Shown piece by piece: positions 52,189 through 64,000 of a stretch of 64,000 nucleotides of DNA; position 1 is the stretch's first letter; each line of letters begins with the position of its first letter. The notes beneath the pieces were generated by a model, which was not told where the DNA came from, did no database searches, and saw nothing but the letters and a program-made list of their open reading frames with translations. The stretch lies in NCBI RefSeq assembly GCF_001194135.2, contig NC_068992.1:10781505-10845504 (forward strand). The letters run 5' to 3'. This stretch comes from Octopus bimaculoides. Its lineage: Eukaryota. The translations under genes and the position numbers were made by a program.

Positions 52189-52573
52189 TGCACCACAAAT
52201 GCTATATAGTTGATATTATATGCCCCTTTGAGGCATGAATAGTCAAGAAGGAGGGCAAAAAGATATATAAGTACAACCCCTTTAAGTACGAAATAACTCA
52301 GCTATAGAAAATGGAGAAGGTGAGGATAGTGCCAATTATTGTTGGGTCCTTTGGAATAGTACCAGAAGGCATCAAGGGGAATATAAAGGAAATTGGAATA
52401 GATTGCCCAGTAGAACTGTTATAAAAAGTTTGCCTCCTTGGCACGGCCAGGATAACCAGGAAAGTATTAGATAGCTGAAAAGAATGAATTGCATGGTACC
52501 GTAGGCTACAGGTAGTAAGCTTGTCATGCATGCAAGACTCCAGGAGCTCCAGCAAAACCTGTGATAAAGAGAA
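52188..52573 (+). mobile_element. 5'-truncated R4/Dong-like non-LTR element (second lineage), embedded in (TAA)n
   Basis: Translation from 52200: CYIVDIICPFEA*IVKKEGKKIYKY..EITQL*KMEKVRIVPIIVGSFG..IGIDCPVELL*KVCLLGTARITRKVLDS* (stop at 52476-52478). (TAA)n lies on both sides. Confidence 0.85.
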
Positions 52574-53146
52574 ATAATAATAATAATAATGATAATTATA
52601 ATGATAATAATTAAAACTTAGTGTCTTGTCATCATTATGTTGAAAGAATATTCTATTCTAATTTCAGTTACTAGTTTTGGGAGCATTGTTACTGTGTTAT
52701 TATTGTTTAACCCTCGGCCAGCTCTGATGAAGTATTACAGTCACAATGATCCAATGATATTTCCAGACATAGCACATGAAAGACAACACTATTCAGTAAT
52801 TTCTGCATTTATTTTAAAGATTCTAAAGTATAATCTGAGAGATCTGGTTGTTATTTCTAGCAAAATGAGAGAACCAATTAAAGGCTTGCCTGTTTGACAC
52901 AATTATTAGTGTCTATTTTGGATGTGAAAAATAAAAACAAATTTATGTAGACAAGCTACAAGAAAATTTGGACCATTTTAAGTATTAAATTTATTTATTC
53001 AAGTGATTATTTTCTCTAGTTGACTGAATATATGTCTTGGCATTATTTTTATTGCTTCATACCTTGTACTTAGAAATAAAGAACACAGAATTAGTATACT
53101 TTTATTGGTAACCAATATAATTTTATCATGCTGTTTATTTAACTAT

Positions 53147-53176
53147 TATCTATCTATATCTGTTTACTTACGTACA

Positions 53177-53226
<50 letters not shown>

Positions 53227-53300
53227 CCTATTTATCTATCTACCTATCTACCTATCTACCTATCTCTATCTACCTATCTATCTATCGATCTATATTACTT

Positions 53301-53345
<45 letters not shown>
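53147..53345. repeat. (TATC)n tetranucleotide microsatellite
   Basis: Read directly. Confidence 0.95.
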
Positions 53346-53377
<32 letters not shown>

Positions 53378-53854
53378 GAATACACACATACACACATATA
53401 CACAAACACACACACATATATATATATAAACATATACATACATTCATACACATATATACACATTCATACATACACATACATACATACAATGGAGTATTGG
53501 ATAGATTGCTTCCAAGTATTTATTCTAGCACACTGAGTTCAAATTTTGTTGAAGTCAACTTTATCTTTCATCATTTCAGGGTTGATTGTATTACTAGGAG
53601 TAATTATTTTCTCTCTCTCTCTCCTCTTTCTGTCTCTATCTCTGTCTGTCTCTTCACTTCTCACTCTCTCCTCTCTTACTCTATCAAAGAAATTGATTGT
53701 GTTCAGGTCAAGAAAAAGATAGGTCCAACCAGGTTTAAAATGCATACGATACATGTCCCAAAGGCACACCTGTAGCATCAGGAGGTGATATAATAAGGAA
53801 TTATATGTACAGAATATATATATATATGTGTGTGTGTGTGTGTACATACATGCA

Positions 53855-53903
<49 letters not shown>

Positions 53904-56797
53904 NNNNNNNNNNNNNNNNNNNNNNNNNNNNNNNNNNNNNNNNNNNNNNNNNNNNNNNNNNNNNNNNNNNNNNNNNNNNNNNNNNNNNNNNNNNNNNNNN
54001 NNNNNNNNNNNNNNNNNNNNNNNNNNNNNNNNNNNNNNNNNNNNNNNNNNNNNNNNNNNNNNNNNNNNNNNNNNNNNNNNNNNNNNNNNNNNNNNNNNNN
54101 NNNNNNNNNNNNNNNNNAATATCATAAGATAAAGATAATAAAATGAATACACGTGTTTCATAACTAATTTTCAAATAGAAAGAAAATTTAAATCGATTAA
54201 AATCAATAAAAACTATCGAAAATCAATTCTATTAAAAAATATAGCTAATCTTCAGGTCAAAATACAATAATAATAATAATAATAATAATAATATTAATAA
54301 TAATAATAATATTAATAATAAATGAATGTATATATCAACCAACAATAAATAACAAATGAATTTATATAAAAATATTAAAAATATCAAAATAATAAACATT
54401 CCATAATCAACCCTACGTCCACTATAATATATGCTAACAGGTATATTATATACAAAAACCGAATTAAACAAATTTATTATACACACACCCATATATATAC
54501 ATATATACTAAAATACGCACACTCATAAATAAACATATATCCATACATATACACATACCCATATGTATATACAAAAAAGCCAACATATACATACATATAC
54601 ACATAAAAATACACAGACTGTAAAACACTCACATATATAAATAAATAAAAAAAAGGAATAGTATAAACAAATACACAATCAGTAACGCCCTCAGACATAT
54701 TATATATATATATATACTCACATGTATACACACAAATATATACAGAAACACATATATATATAAATATAAATACATACGTATACATATATACATACACACA
54801 AATATAAATATACATACAAACACATATAGACTAAAACACACACACTCACATGTATACATATACACATACATATGCATATATATAAAGTATCTAAAATATT
54901 AATATCAGCAAAGTAGTTTATGGCTATATTTAATTTGCCGTTCGTTAAAAGAATTGATTAATGTATCTGAATGTTTATATCAGTAATGTAGTTTATGACT
55001 ATATTTAATTTGGCGTTCGTGAAACGAATTGAATAATGTATCTGAAATGTTTATATCAGTGAAGTAGTTTTTGTCTACATTTAATTTGCCGTTCATGAAA
55101 AGAATTGAGTAATGTATCTGAAATGTTTGTATCAGTGAAGTAGTTTTTGTCTACATTTAATTTGCCATTCGTCAAAAGCATTGAGTAATGTATCTGAAAT
55201 ATATATAACAGTAAAGTAGTTTATGTCTACATTTAATTTGCCGTTCCTGAAACAAATTGAGTAATTTATCTGAAATGTTTATATCAGTAAAGTAGTTTAT
55301 GTCTACATTTAATTAGCCTTTCGTGAAAGGAACTGAGAGTTGTTTATGTCTACATTTAATTTGCCGTTCGTGAAAGGAATTGGGTAATGTATCTAAATTG
55401 TTTATATCAGTAAAGTTGTTTATGTCTACATTTAATTTGCCGTTCGTGAAAGGAATTGAGTAATGTATCTGGGATGTTTATATTAGTAAAGTTGTTTATG
55501 TCCACATTTAATTAGCCGTTCGTGAAAGGAATTGAGTAATGTAACTGGAATATTTATAACAGTAAAGTAGTTTATGTATACATTTAATTTGCTGTTCGTG
55601 AAAAGAATTAAGTAAAGCATCTAAAATATTAACATTAGTAAAGTAGTTTATGTCTACATTTATTTTGCCGTTCGTGAAACGTNNNNNNNNNNNNNNNNNN
55701 NNNNNNNNNNNNNNNNNNNNNNNNNNNNNNNNNNNNNNNNNNNNNNNNNNNNNNNNNNNNAAATGTTTGTATCAGTGAAGTAGTTTTTGTCTACATTTAA
55801 TTTGCCATTCGTCAAAAGCATTGAGTAATGTATCTGAAATATATATAACAGTAAAGTAGTTTATGTCTACATTTAATTTGCCGTTCCTGAAACAAATTGA
55901 GTAATTTATCTGAAATGTTTATATCAGTAAAGTAGTTTATGTCTACATTTAATTAGCCTTTCGTGAAAGGAACTGAGAGTTGTTTATGTCTACATTTAAT
56001 TTGCCGTTCGTGAAAGGAATTGAGTAATGTATCTGGGATGTTTATATTAGTAAAGTTGTTTATGTCCACATTTAATTAGCCGTTCGTGAAAGGAATTGAG
56101 TAATGTAACTGGAATATTTATAACAGTAAAGTAGTTTATGTATACATTTAATTTGCTGTTCGTGAAAAGAATTAAGTAAAGCATCTAAAATATTAACATT
56201 AGTAAAGTAGTTTATGTCTACATTTATTTTGCCGTTCGTGAAACGTATTTAGTAATGTGTCTGAATGTTTATATCAATAAAGTAGTTTATGTATACATTT
56301 AATTTGCCGTTTGTGAAAACAGTTGGGTAATGTATCTAAATTATCTATATTAGTAAAGTTGTTTATGTATACATTTAATTTGCCGTTCGTGAAAGGTATT
56401 GAGTAATGTATCTGGATGTTTATAGTAGTAAAGTTGTTTATGTCTACATTTAATTTGCCGTTCATGAAAGGAATTGAGTAATGTATCTGGGATGTTAATA
56501 GTAGTAAAGTTGTTTATGTCTACATTTAATTTGCCGTTCGTGAAAGGAATTGAGTAATGTATCTGGGATGTTTATAGTAGTAAAGTTGTTTATGTCAACA
56601 TTTAATTTGCTGCTCGTGAAAAGAATTACGTAAAGTATCTAAAATATTAATATTAGTAAAGTAGTTTGTCTACATTTATTTTGCCGTTCGTGAAAGAAAT
56701 TTAGTAATGTCTGAATGTTTATATCAGTAAAGTAATTTATGTATACATCTAATTTGCCGTTTTTGAAAAGAACTGGGTAATGTATCTAAATTATATA

Positions 56798-56846
56798 CCA
56801 GCATGGCCGCAGTCAAATGACTGAAACAAGTAAAAGAGTAAAAGAG
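56798..56846 (+). mobile_element. 49-bp 3' terminus of family-B SINE inserted in a satellite monomer
   Basis: ccagcatggccgcagtcaaatgactgaaacaagtaaaagagtaaaagag interrupts tatctaaattatata|tattagtaaag. Confidence 0.85.
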
Positions 56847-57558
56847 TATTAGTAAAGTTGTTTATGTCTACATTTAATTTGCCGTTCGTGAAAAGAATTG
56901 AGTAATGTATCTTAATGGTTCTATTAGTAAATTTGGTTATGACTACATTTAATTTGCAGTTCATGAAAAGAATTGAGTAATGTATCTGAAATGTTTATAT
57001 CAGTGAAGTAGTTTACGTATACATTTAATTTGCCGTTCGTGAAACGAATTTAGTAATTTGTCTGAATGTTTATATCAGTAAAGTTGTTTATTTATACATT
57101 TAATTTGCCGTTTGTGAAAAGAAATGGGTAATGTATATGGGATGTTTATATTAGTAAAGTTGTTTATGTCTACAATTTATTTGCCGTTCGTGAAAGGAGA
57201 TGAGTAATGTATCTGAGATGTTTATATTAGTAAAGTTGTTTATGTCTACATTTAATTTGCCGTTCGTGAACAAAATTGAGTAATGTATCTGGAATATTTA
57301 TAACAGTAAAGTAGTTTATGTCTACATTTACTTTACTGATATAAACATTCAGACATTTAATTAGCCGTTCGTGAAAGGAATTGAGAGTTGTTTATGTCTA
57401 CATTTAATTTGCCGTTCGTGAAAGGAATTGGGTAATGTATCTAAATTGTTTATATCAGTAAATTTGTTTATGTCTACATTTAATTTGCCGTTCATGAAAG
57501 GAATTGAGTAATGTATCTGGGATGTTTATATTAGTAAAGTTGTTTATGTCTACATTTA

Positions 57559-59350
57559 CTTTACTGATATAAACATTCAGACACATTACTAAATTAGACA
57601 TATTACTAAATTTCTTTCACGAACGGCAAATTAAATGTAGACAAACTACTTTACTAATATTAAAATATTAGATACTTTACTTAATTCTTTTCACGAACAG
57701 CAAATTAAATGTATACATAAACTAATTTACTGTTATAAATATTCCAGATGCATTACTCATCTGCTTTCACGAACGGCAAATTTAATGTAGACATAAACAA
57801 CTTTACTACACTATTAACATCCCAGATACATTACTCAATTCCTTTCATGAATGGCAAATTAAATGTATACATAAACTACTTTACTGTTACAAATATTCCA
57901 GATACATTACTCATCTGCTTTCACGAACGGCACATTTAATGTAGACATAAACAACTTTACTACACTACTATTAACATCCCAGATACATTACTCAATTCCT
58001 TTCATGAATGGCAAATTAAATGTATACAAACTACTTTACTGATATAAACTTCCAGATACATTACTCAATTCCTTTCACGAACGGCAATTTAAATGTAGAC
58101 ATAAACAACTTTACTAATATAAACAATTTAGATACATTACCCAATTCTTGTCGCGAACGGCAAATTAAATGTATACAAACTACTTTACTGATATAAACAG
58201 TCAGACACATCATTCAATTCCTTTCACGAACGGCAAATTAAATGTAGGCATAAACAACTTTACTAATATAAACATCCCAGATACATTACCCAATTCTATT
58301 CAGAACCGGAAAATGAATGTATACATAAACTACTTTACTGATATAAACATTCAGACACGTTACAAAATTCGTTTCACGAACGGCAAATTAAATGTAGACA
58401 TAAACTACTTTACTAATGTTAATATTTTAGATACTTTACTTAATTCTTTTCACGAACAGCAAATTAAATGTAGACATAAACAACGTCACTAATATAAACT
58501 TCCCAGATACAGTACTCAGTTCGATACATTACTCAATTCCTTTCACGAACGGCAAATTAAATNNNNNNNNNNNNNNNNNNNNNNNNNNNNNNNNNNNNNN
58601 NNNNNNNNNNNNNNNNNNNNNNNNNNNNNNNNNNNNNNNNNNNNNNNNNNNNNNNNNNNNNNATTAAATGTAGACATAAACAACTTTACTAATATAAACA
58701 TCCCAGATACATCACTCATTTACTTTCACGAATGGCAAATTAAATGTAAACATAAACAACTTTACTACTATAAACATCCCAGATACATTACTCAATTCCT
58801 TTCAGGGACGGCAAATTAAATGTAGACATAAACAACTTTACTGATATAAACGTCCAAGATACATTACCCAATTCTTTTCAGAAACGGCAAATTAAATGAA
58901 TACATAAACTATTTTACTGATATAAACATTCAGACACATTACAAAATTCGTTTCACGAACGGCAAATTAAATGTAGACATAAACTACTTTACTAATGTTA
59001 ATATTTTAGATACTTTACTTAATTCTTTTCACGAATAGCGAATTAAATGTATACATAAACTACTTTAATGTTATAAATATTCCAGTTACATTACTCAATT
59101 CCTTTCACGAACGGCAAATTAAATGTAGACATAAACAACTTTACTAATATAAATACTAATATAAACATCCCAGATACATTACTCAATTCCTTTCACGAAC
59201 GGCAAATTAAATGCAGACATAAACAACTTTACTAATGTATATAATTTAGATACGTTACCCAAAAACGGCAAATTAAATTTATACAAACTAATTTACTGAT
59301 ATAAACATCCAGATACATTACTTAATTACTTTTAGGAACGGCAAATTAAA
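57559..59350 (-). repeat. Inverted block of the 76-bp satellite
   Basis: Monomers read ttcacgaacggcaaattaaatgt (the reverse complement) between junctions tacattta|ctttactgat and ggcaaattaaa|ttgagtaatg. Confidence 0.95.
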
Positions 59351-62300
59351 TTGAGTAATGTATCTTAATGGTTCTATTAGTAAATTTGTTTATGACTACA
59401 TTTAATTTGCCGTTTATGAAAAGAATTGGGTAATGTATCTGAAATGTTTATATCAGTGAAGTAGTTTACGTATTACATTTAATTTGCCGTTCGTGAAACG
59501 AATTTAGTAATTTGTCTGAATGTTTATATCAGTAAAGTAGTTTATTTATACATTTAATTTGCCGTTCGTGAAAGGAATTGAGTGTTGTTTATGTCTACAT
59601 TTAATTTGCCGTTCGTGAAAGTAATCGGGTAATGTATCTAAATTGTTTATATCAGTAAATTTGTTTATGTCTACATTTAATTTGCTGTTCGTGAAAGCAA
59701 TTGAGTAATGTATCTGGGATGTTTATATTAGTAAAGCTGTTTATGTCTACATTTAATTAGCCGTTCGTGAAAGGAATTGAGTAATGTAACTGGAATATTT
59801 ATAACAGTAAAATAGTTTATGTATACATTTAATTTGCCGTTTCTGAATAGAATTGGGTAATGTATCTGGAATGTTTATATTACTAAAGTTGTTTATGTCT
59901 ACATTTAATTTGCCGTTCGTGAAAGGAATTGAGTAATGTATCTGGGATGTTTATAGTAGTAAAGTTGTTTATGTCTACATTTAATTTGCCGTTCGTGAAA
60001 GGAGATGAGTAATGTATCTGGGATATTTATATTAGTAAAGTTGTTTATGTCTACATTTAATTTGCCGTTCGTGAAAGGAATTGAGTACAGTATCTGGGAT
60101 GTTTATAGTAGTAAAGTTGTTTATGTCTACATTTAATTTGCCGTTCGTGAAATAAATTGAGTAATGTATCTGGAATATTTATAACAGTAAAGTAGTTTAT
60201 GTATACATTTAATTTGCCGTTCGTGAAAGAAATTGAGTAATGTATCTGGAATATTTATAACAGTAAAGTAGTTTATGTATACATTTAATTTGCTGTTCGT
60301 GAAAAGAATCAAGTAAAGTATCTAAAATATTATCATCAGTAAAGTAGTTTAGGTCTACATTTAATTTGCCGTTCGTGAAACGTATTTAGTAATGTGTCTG
60401 AATGTATATATCAGTAAAGTAGTTTATGTATACATTTAATTTGCCGTTTGTGAAAGGAATTGGGTAATGTATCTAAATTATCTATATTAGTAAAGTTGTT
60501 TATGTCTACATTTAATTTGCCGTTCGTGAAAGGAATTGAGTAATGTACCTGGGAAGTTAATATTAGTAAAGCTGTGTATGTCTACATTTAATTTGCCGTT
60601 CGTGAAAGGAATTGAGTAATGTATCTGGGATGTTAATATTAGTAAAGCTGTGTATGTCTACATTTAATTTGCCGTTTGTGAAAAGAATTGGGTAATGTAT
60701 CTAAATTATCTATATTAGTAAAGTAGCTTATGTCTACATTTAATTTGCCGTTCGTGAAACGTATTTAGTAATGTATCTGGGAAGTTTATAGTAGTAAAGT
60801 TGTTAATGTCTGAATGTTTATATCAGTATTATAGTTTATGTGTACATTTAATTTGCCGTTCGTGAAAGGAATTGAGTAATGTATCTGGAATATTTATAAC
60901 AGTAAAGTAGTTCATGTATACATTTAATTTGCCGTTCGTGAAACGAATTTAGTAATTTGTCTGCATGTTTATATCAGTAAAGTTGTTTATGTATACATTT
61001 AATTTGCCGTTCGTGAAAGGAGATGAGTAATGTATCTGGGTTGTTTATATTAGTAAAGTTGTTTATGTCTACATTTCACTTACCATTCGTGAAAGGAATT
61101 GAGTAATGTATCTGGAATATTTATAACAGTAAAGTAGTTTATATATACATTTAATTTGCCGTTCGGTGAAACGAATTTAGTAATGTGTCTGAATATTTAT
61201 ATCAGTAAAGTAGTTTATGTATACATTTAATTTGCCGTTCGGTGAAACGAATTTAGTAATGTGTCTGAATGTTTATATCAGTAAAATAGTTTATGTAAAA
61301 TTTAATTTGCCGTTCGGTGAAACGAATTTAGTAATGTGTCTGAATGTTTATATCAGTAAAGTAGTTTATGTATACATTTAATTTGCCGTTCGTGAAAGGA
61401 ATTGAGTAATGTATCTGGATGTTTATATCAGTAAAGTAGTTTGTATAAATTTAATTTGCCGTTAGTGACAAGAATTGGGTAATATAGTAGTAAAGTTGTT
61501 TATGTCTCCATTTAATTTGCCGTTCGTGAAAGGAATTGAGTAATGTATCTGGAATATTTATAGCAGTAAAGTAGTTTATGTATACATTTAATTTGCTGTT
61601 CGTGAAAAGAATTAAGTAAAGTATCTAAAATATTAACATTAAATATTAACACTAGTAAATAAAATATTAATATTAGTAAAGTAGTTTATGTATACATTTA
61701 ATTTGCCGTTTGTGGAAAGAATTTGGTAATGTATCTAAATTATATATATTAATAAATTTGTTTATGTCTACATCTAATTTGCCGTTTGTGAAAGGGATTG
61801 AGTAATGTATCTGGGATGTTAATATTAGTAAAGCTGTTTATGTCTACATTTAATTTGCCGTTCGTGAAAGGAATTGAGTAATGTATCTGGAATATTTATA
61901 ACAGTAAAGTAGTTTATGTATACATTTAATTTGCCGTTCGTGAAACTAATTTAGTAATGTGTCTGAATGTTTATATCAGTAAAGTTGTTTATGTATACAT
62001 TTAATTTGCCGTTAGTAAATTTGTTTATGTCTACATTTAATTTGCCGTTAGTAAAGTTGTTTATGTCTACATTTAATTTGCCGTTCGTGAAAGGAATTGA
62101 GTAATGTATCTGGGACGCTTATATTAGTGAAGTTGTTTATGTCTACATTTAATTTGCCGTTCGTGAAATGAATTGAGTAATGAATCTGGGATGTTTATAA
62201 CAGTAAAGTAGTTTATGTATACATTTAATTTGCTGTTCGTGAAAAGAATTATGTAAAGTATCTAAAACATTGATATTCGCAAAGTACTTTGTCTACATTT

Positions 62301-64000
62301 AATTTGCTGTTTCTGAAAAGAATTTAGTAATGTGTCTCAATGTTAATAGTAGCAAAGTAGTTTATTTATACATTTAATTTGCCGTTTGTGAAAATAATTG
62401 GGTAACGTATCTAAATTATTTACATTAGTAAAGTTGCTTATATCTACATTTAATTTGCCGTTGGTGAAAGGAAATGAGTAATGTATCAGGAATATTTATT
62501 ACAGTAAAGTAGTTTATGTATACATTTAATTTGCTGTTCGTGAAAGGAATTAAGTAAGGTATCTAAGTAAGTAAGGTATCTAAATTATTAATATTAGTAA
62601 TGTAGTTTATGTCTATATTTAATTTGCCATTCGTGAAATGAAGAGAGTAATGTATCTCGGATGTTTACATTAGTTAAGTTGTTTATTTCTACATTTAATA
62701 TGCCGTTCGTGAAAGGAATTGAGTAATGTATCTGGAATATTTATAACAGTAAAGTAGTTTATGTCTACATTTAATTTGCCGTTCGTGAAACGAATTTAGT
62801 AACGTGTCTGAATGTTTATATTAGTAAAGTTGTTTATGTCTACATTTAATTTGCCGTTCATGAATGGAATTGAATAATGTATCTGGGATATTTATATTAG
62901 TAAAGTTGTTTATGTCTACATTTCATTTGGCGTTCGTGAAAGGAAGTTAGTAATGTGTCTGGAACATTTATAACAGTAAAGTAGTTAATGTATACATATA
63001 ATTTGCTGTTCGTGAAAAGAATTCAGTAAAGTATCTAAAATATTAACGTTAGTAAAGTAGTTTATGTATACATTTAATTTGCCGTTTCTGAATAGAATTG
63101 GGTAATGTATATAACTGTTTATAACAGTAAAGTAGTTTTTGTATACATTTAATTTGCTTTTCGTGAAAAGAATTAAGTATCTAAAATATTAATATTAATA
63201 AAGTAATTTATGTCTACATTTAATTTGCTGTTCGTGAAACGAATTTAATAATGTGTCTGAATGTTTTTATCAGTAAAGTAGTTTATGTATACATTTAATT
63301 TGCCGTTTCTGAAAAGAATTGGGTAATGTATCTGGGATGTTTATATCAGTAAAGTTGTTTATGTCTACATTTAAAGTTGTTTATGTCTACATTTAATTTG
63401 CCGTTCGTGAAAGCAGATGAGTAATGTATCTGGGATGTTTATATTAGTAAAGTTGTTTATGCCTACATTTAATTTAGCGTTCGTGAAAGGAATTGAGTAA
63501 TGTATCTGGAATATTTATAACATTAAAGTAGTTTATGTCTACATTTAATTTGCCGTTTGTGAAAAGAACTGAGTAATGTATCTGGGATGTTTATATTAGC
63601 AGAGTTGTTTATGCCTACATTTAATTTGCCGTTCGTGAAAGGTCTACATTTAATTTGCCGTTCGTGAAAGGAATTGAGTAAAGTATTTCGGATGTTTATA
63701 TTAGTAAAGTAGTTTATGTCTACATTTAATTTGCCGTTCGGGAAAGGAATTGAGTAATGCATCTGGAATGTTTATTACAGTAAATTAGTTTATGTATACA
63801 TGTAATTTGCTGTTCGGGAAAAGAATTAAGTAAAGTATCTAAATTATTAATATTAGTAAATTATTAATATTAGTAATGTAGTTTATGTCTACATTTAATT
63901 AGCCGTTCGTGAAACGAATTTAGTAATATGTCTGAATGTCTATACCAGTAAAGTAGTTTATGTATACATTTAATTTGCCATTTGTGAAAAGAATTGTGTA

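Larger units (their letters stand above)
54883..64000. repeat. 76-bp tandem satellite, roughly 115-120 monomers, running off the window end
   Basis: Consensus acatttaatttgccgttcgtgaaaggaattgagtaatgtatctgggatgtttatattagtaaagttgtttatgtct. The period was measured directly (cgttcgtg at 55441 and 55517). Confidence 0.97.

Noticed and set aside
55435-55460. CENP-B-box-like ttcgtgaaa motif in the satellite core
   Set aside because: It lacks the required CGGG half of the nTTCGnnnnAnnCGGGn consensus.
55121-56246. Near-identical blocks 55121-55682 and 55761-56246 differing by one 76-bp monomer
   Set aside because: They flank an N-gap and end or start at it, so they are most likely two haplotypes or an overlap scaffolded in tandem. 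They were not counted as evidence of higher-order repeats.
54883-64000. CRISPR-like repeat-spacer array, or a coding tandem repeat such as C2H2 zinc fingers
   Set aside because: Sequences between the conserved cores are homologous variants rather than unique spacers, and no cas genes are present. The 76-bp period is not a multiple of three and there is no CxxC/HxxxH pattern.

Overview
AT-rich animal genomic DNA from a draft assembly. It has 15 N-gaps, many of them flanked by (TA)n runs. The repeat repertoire and very high microsatellite load fit a coleoid cephalopod such as Octopus (inference, not a database match). I cannot support any host protein-coding gene: almost every ORF in the supplied track is a microsatellite, N-gap or antisense artefact. 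Bases 1-54,880 are a transposon graveyard. They contain at least four tRNA-derived SINE families (several copies with clear target-site duplications), many 5'-truncated RTE LINE 3' ends and one RTE reverse-transcriptase fragment. They also contain two different R4/Dong-type endonuclease fragments beside (TAA)n tracts, CR1-like remnants, mariner/piggyBac/hAT-type MITEs, and a decayed Helitron (Helentron-type) Rep domain that the ORF track misses. Bases 54,883-64,000 are a 76-bp satellite with recurring variant order, a 1.8-kb internal inversion, CpG-deamination variants and a SINE-tail insertion. The most interesting signals are a candidate minimal hammerhead ribozyme at 50,445-50,489, the satellite architecture, the Helentron Rep, a recurrent dimeric SINE junction and two fold-back inverted-repeat structures. 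Family assignments rest on motif recognition by eye, and no searches were run.
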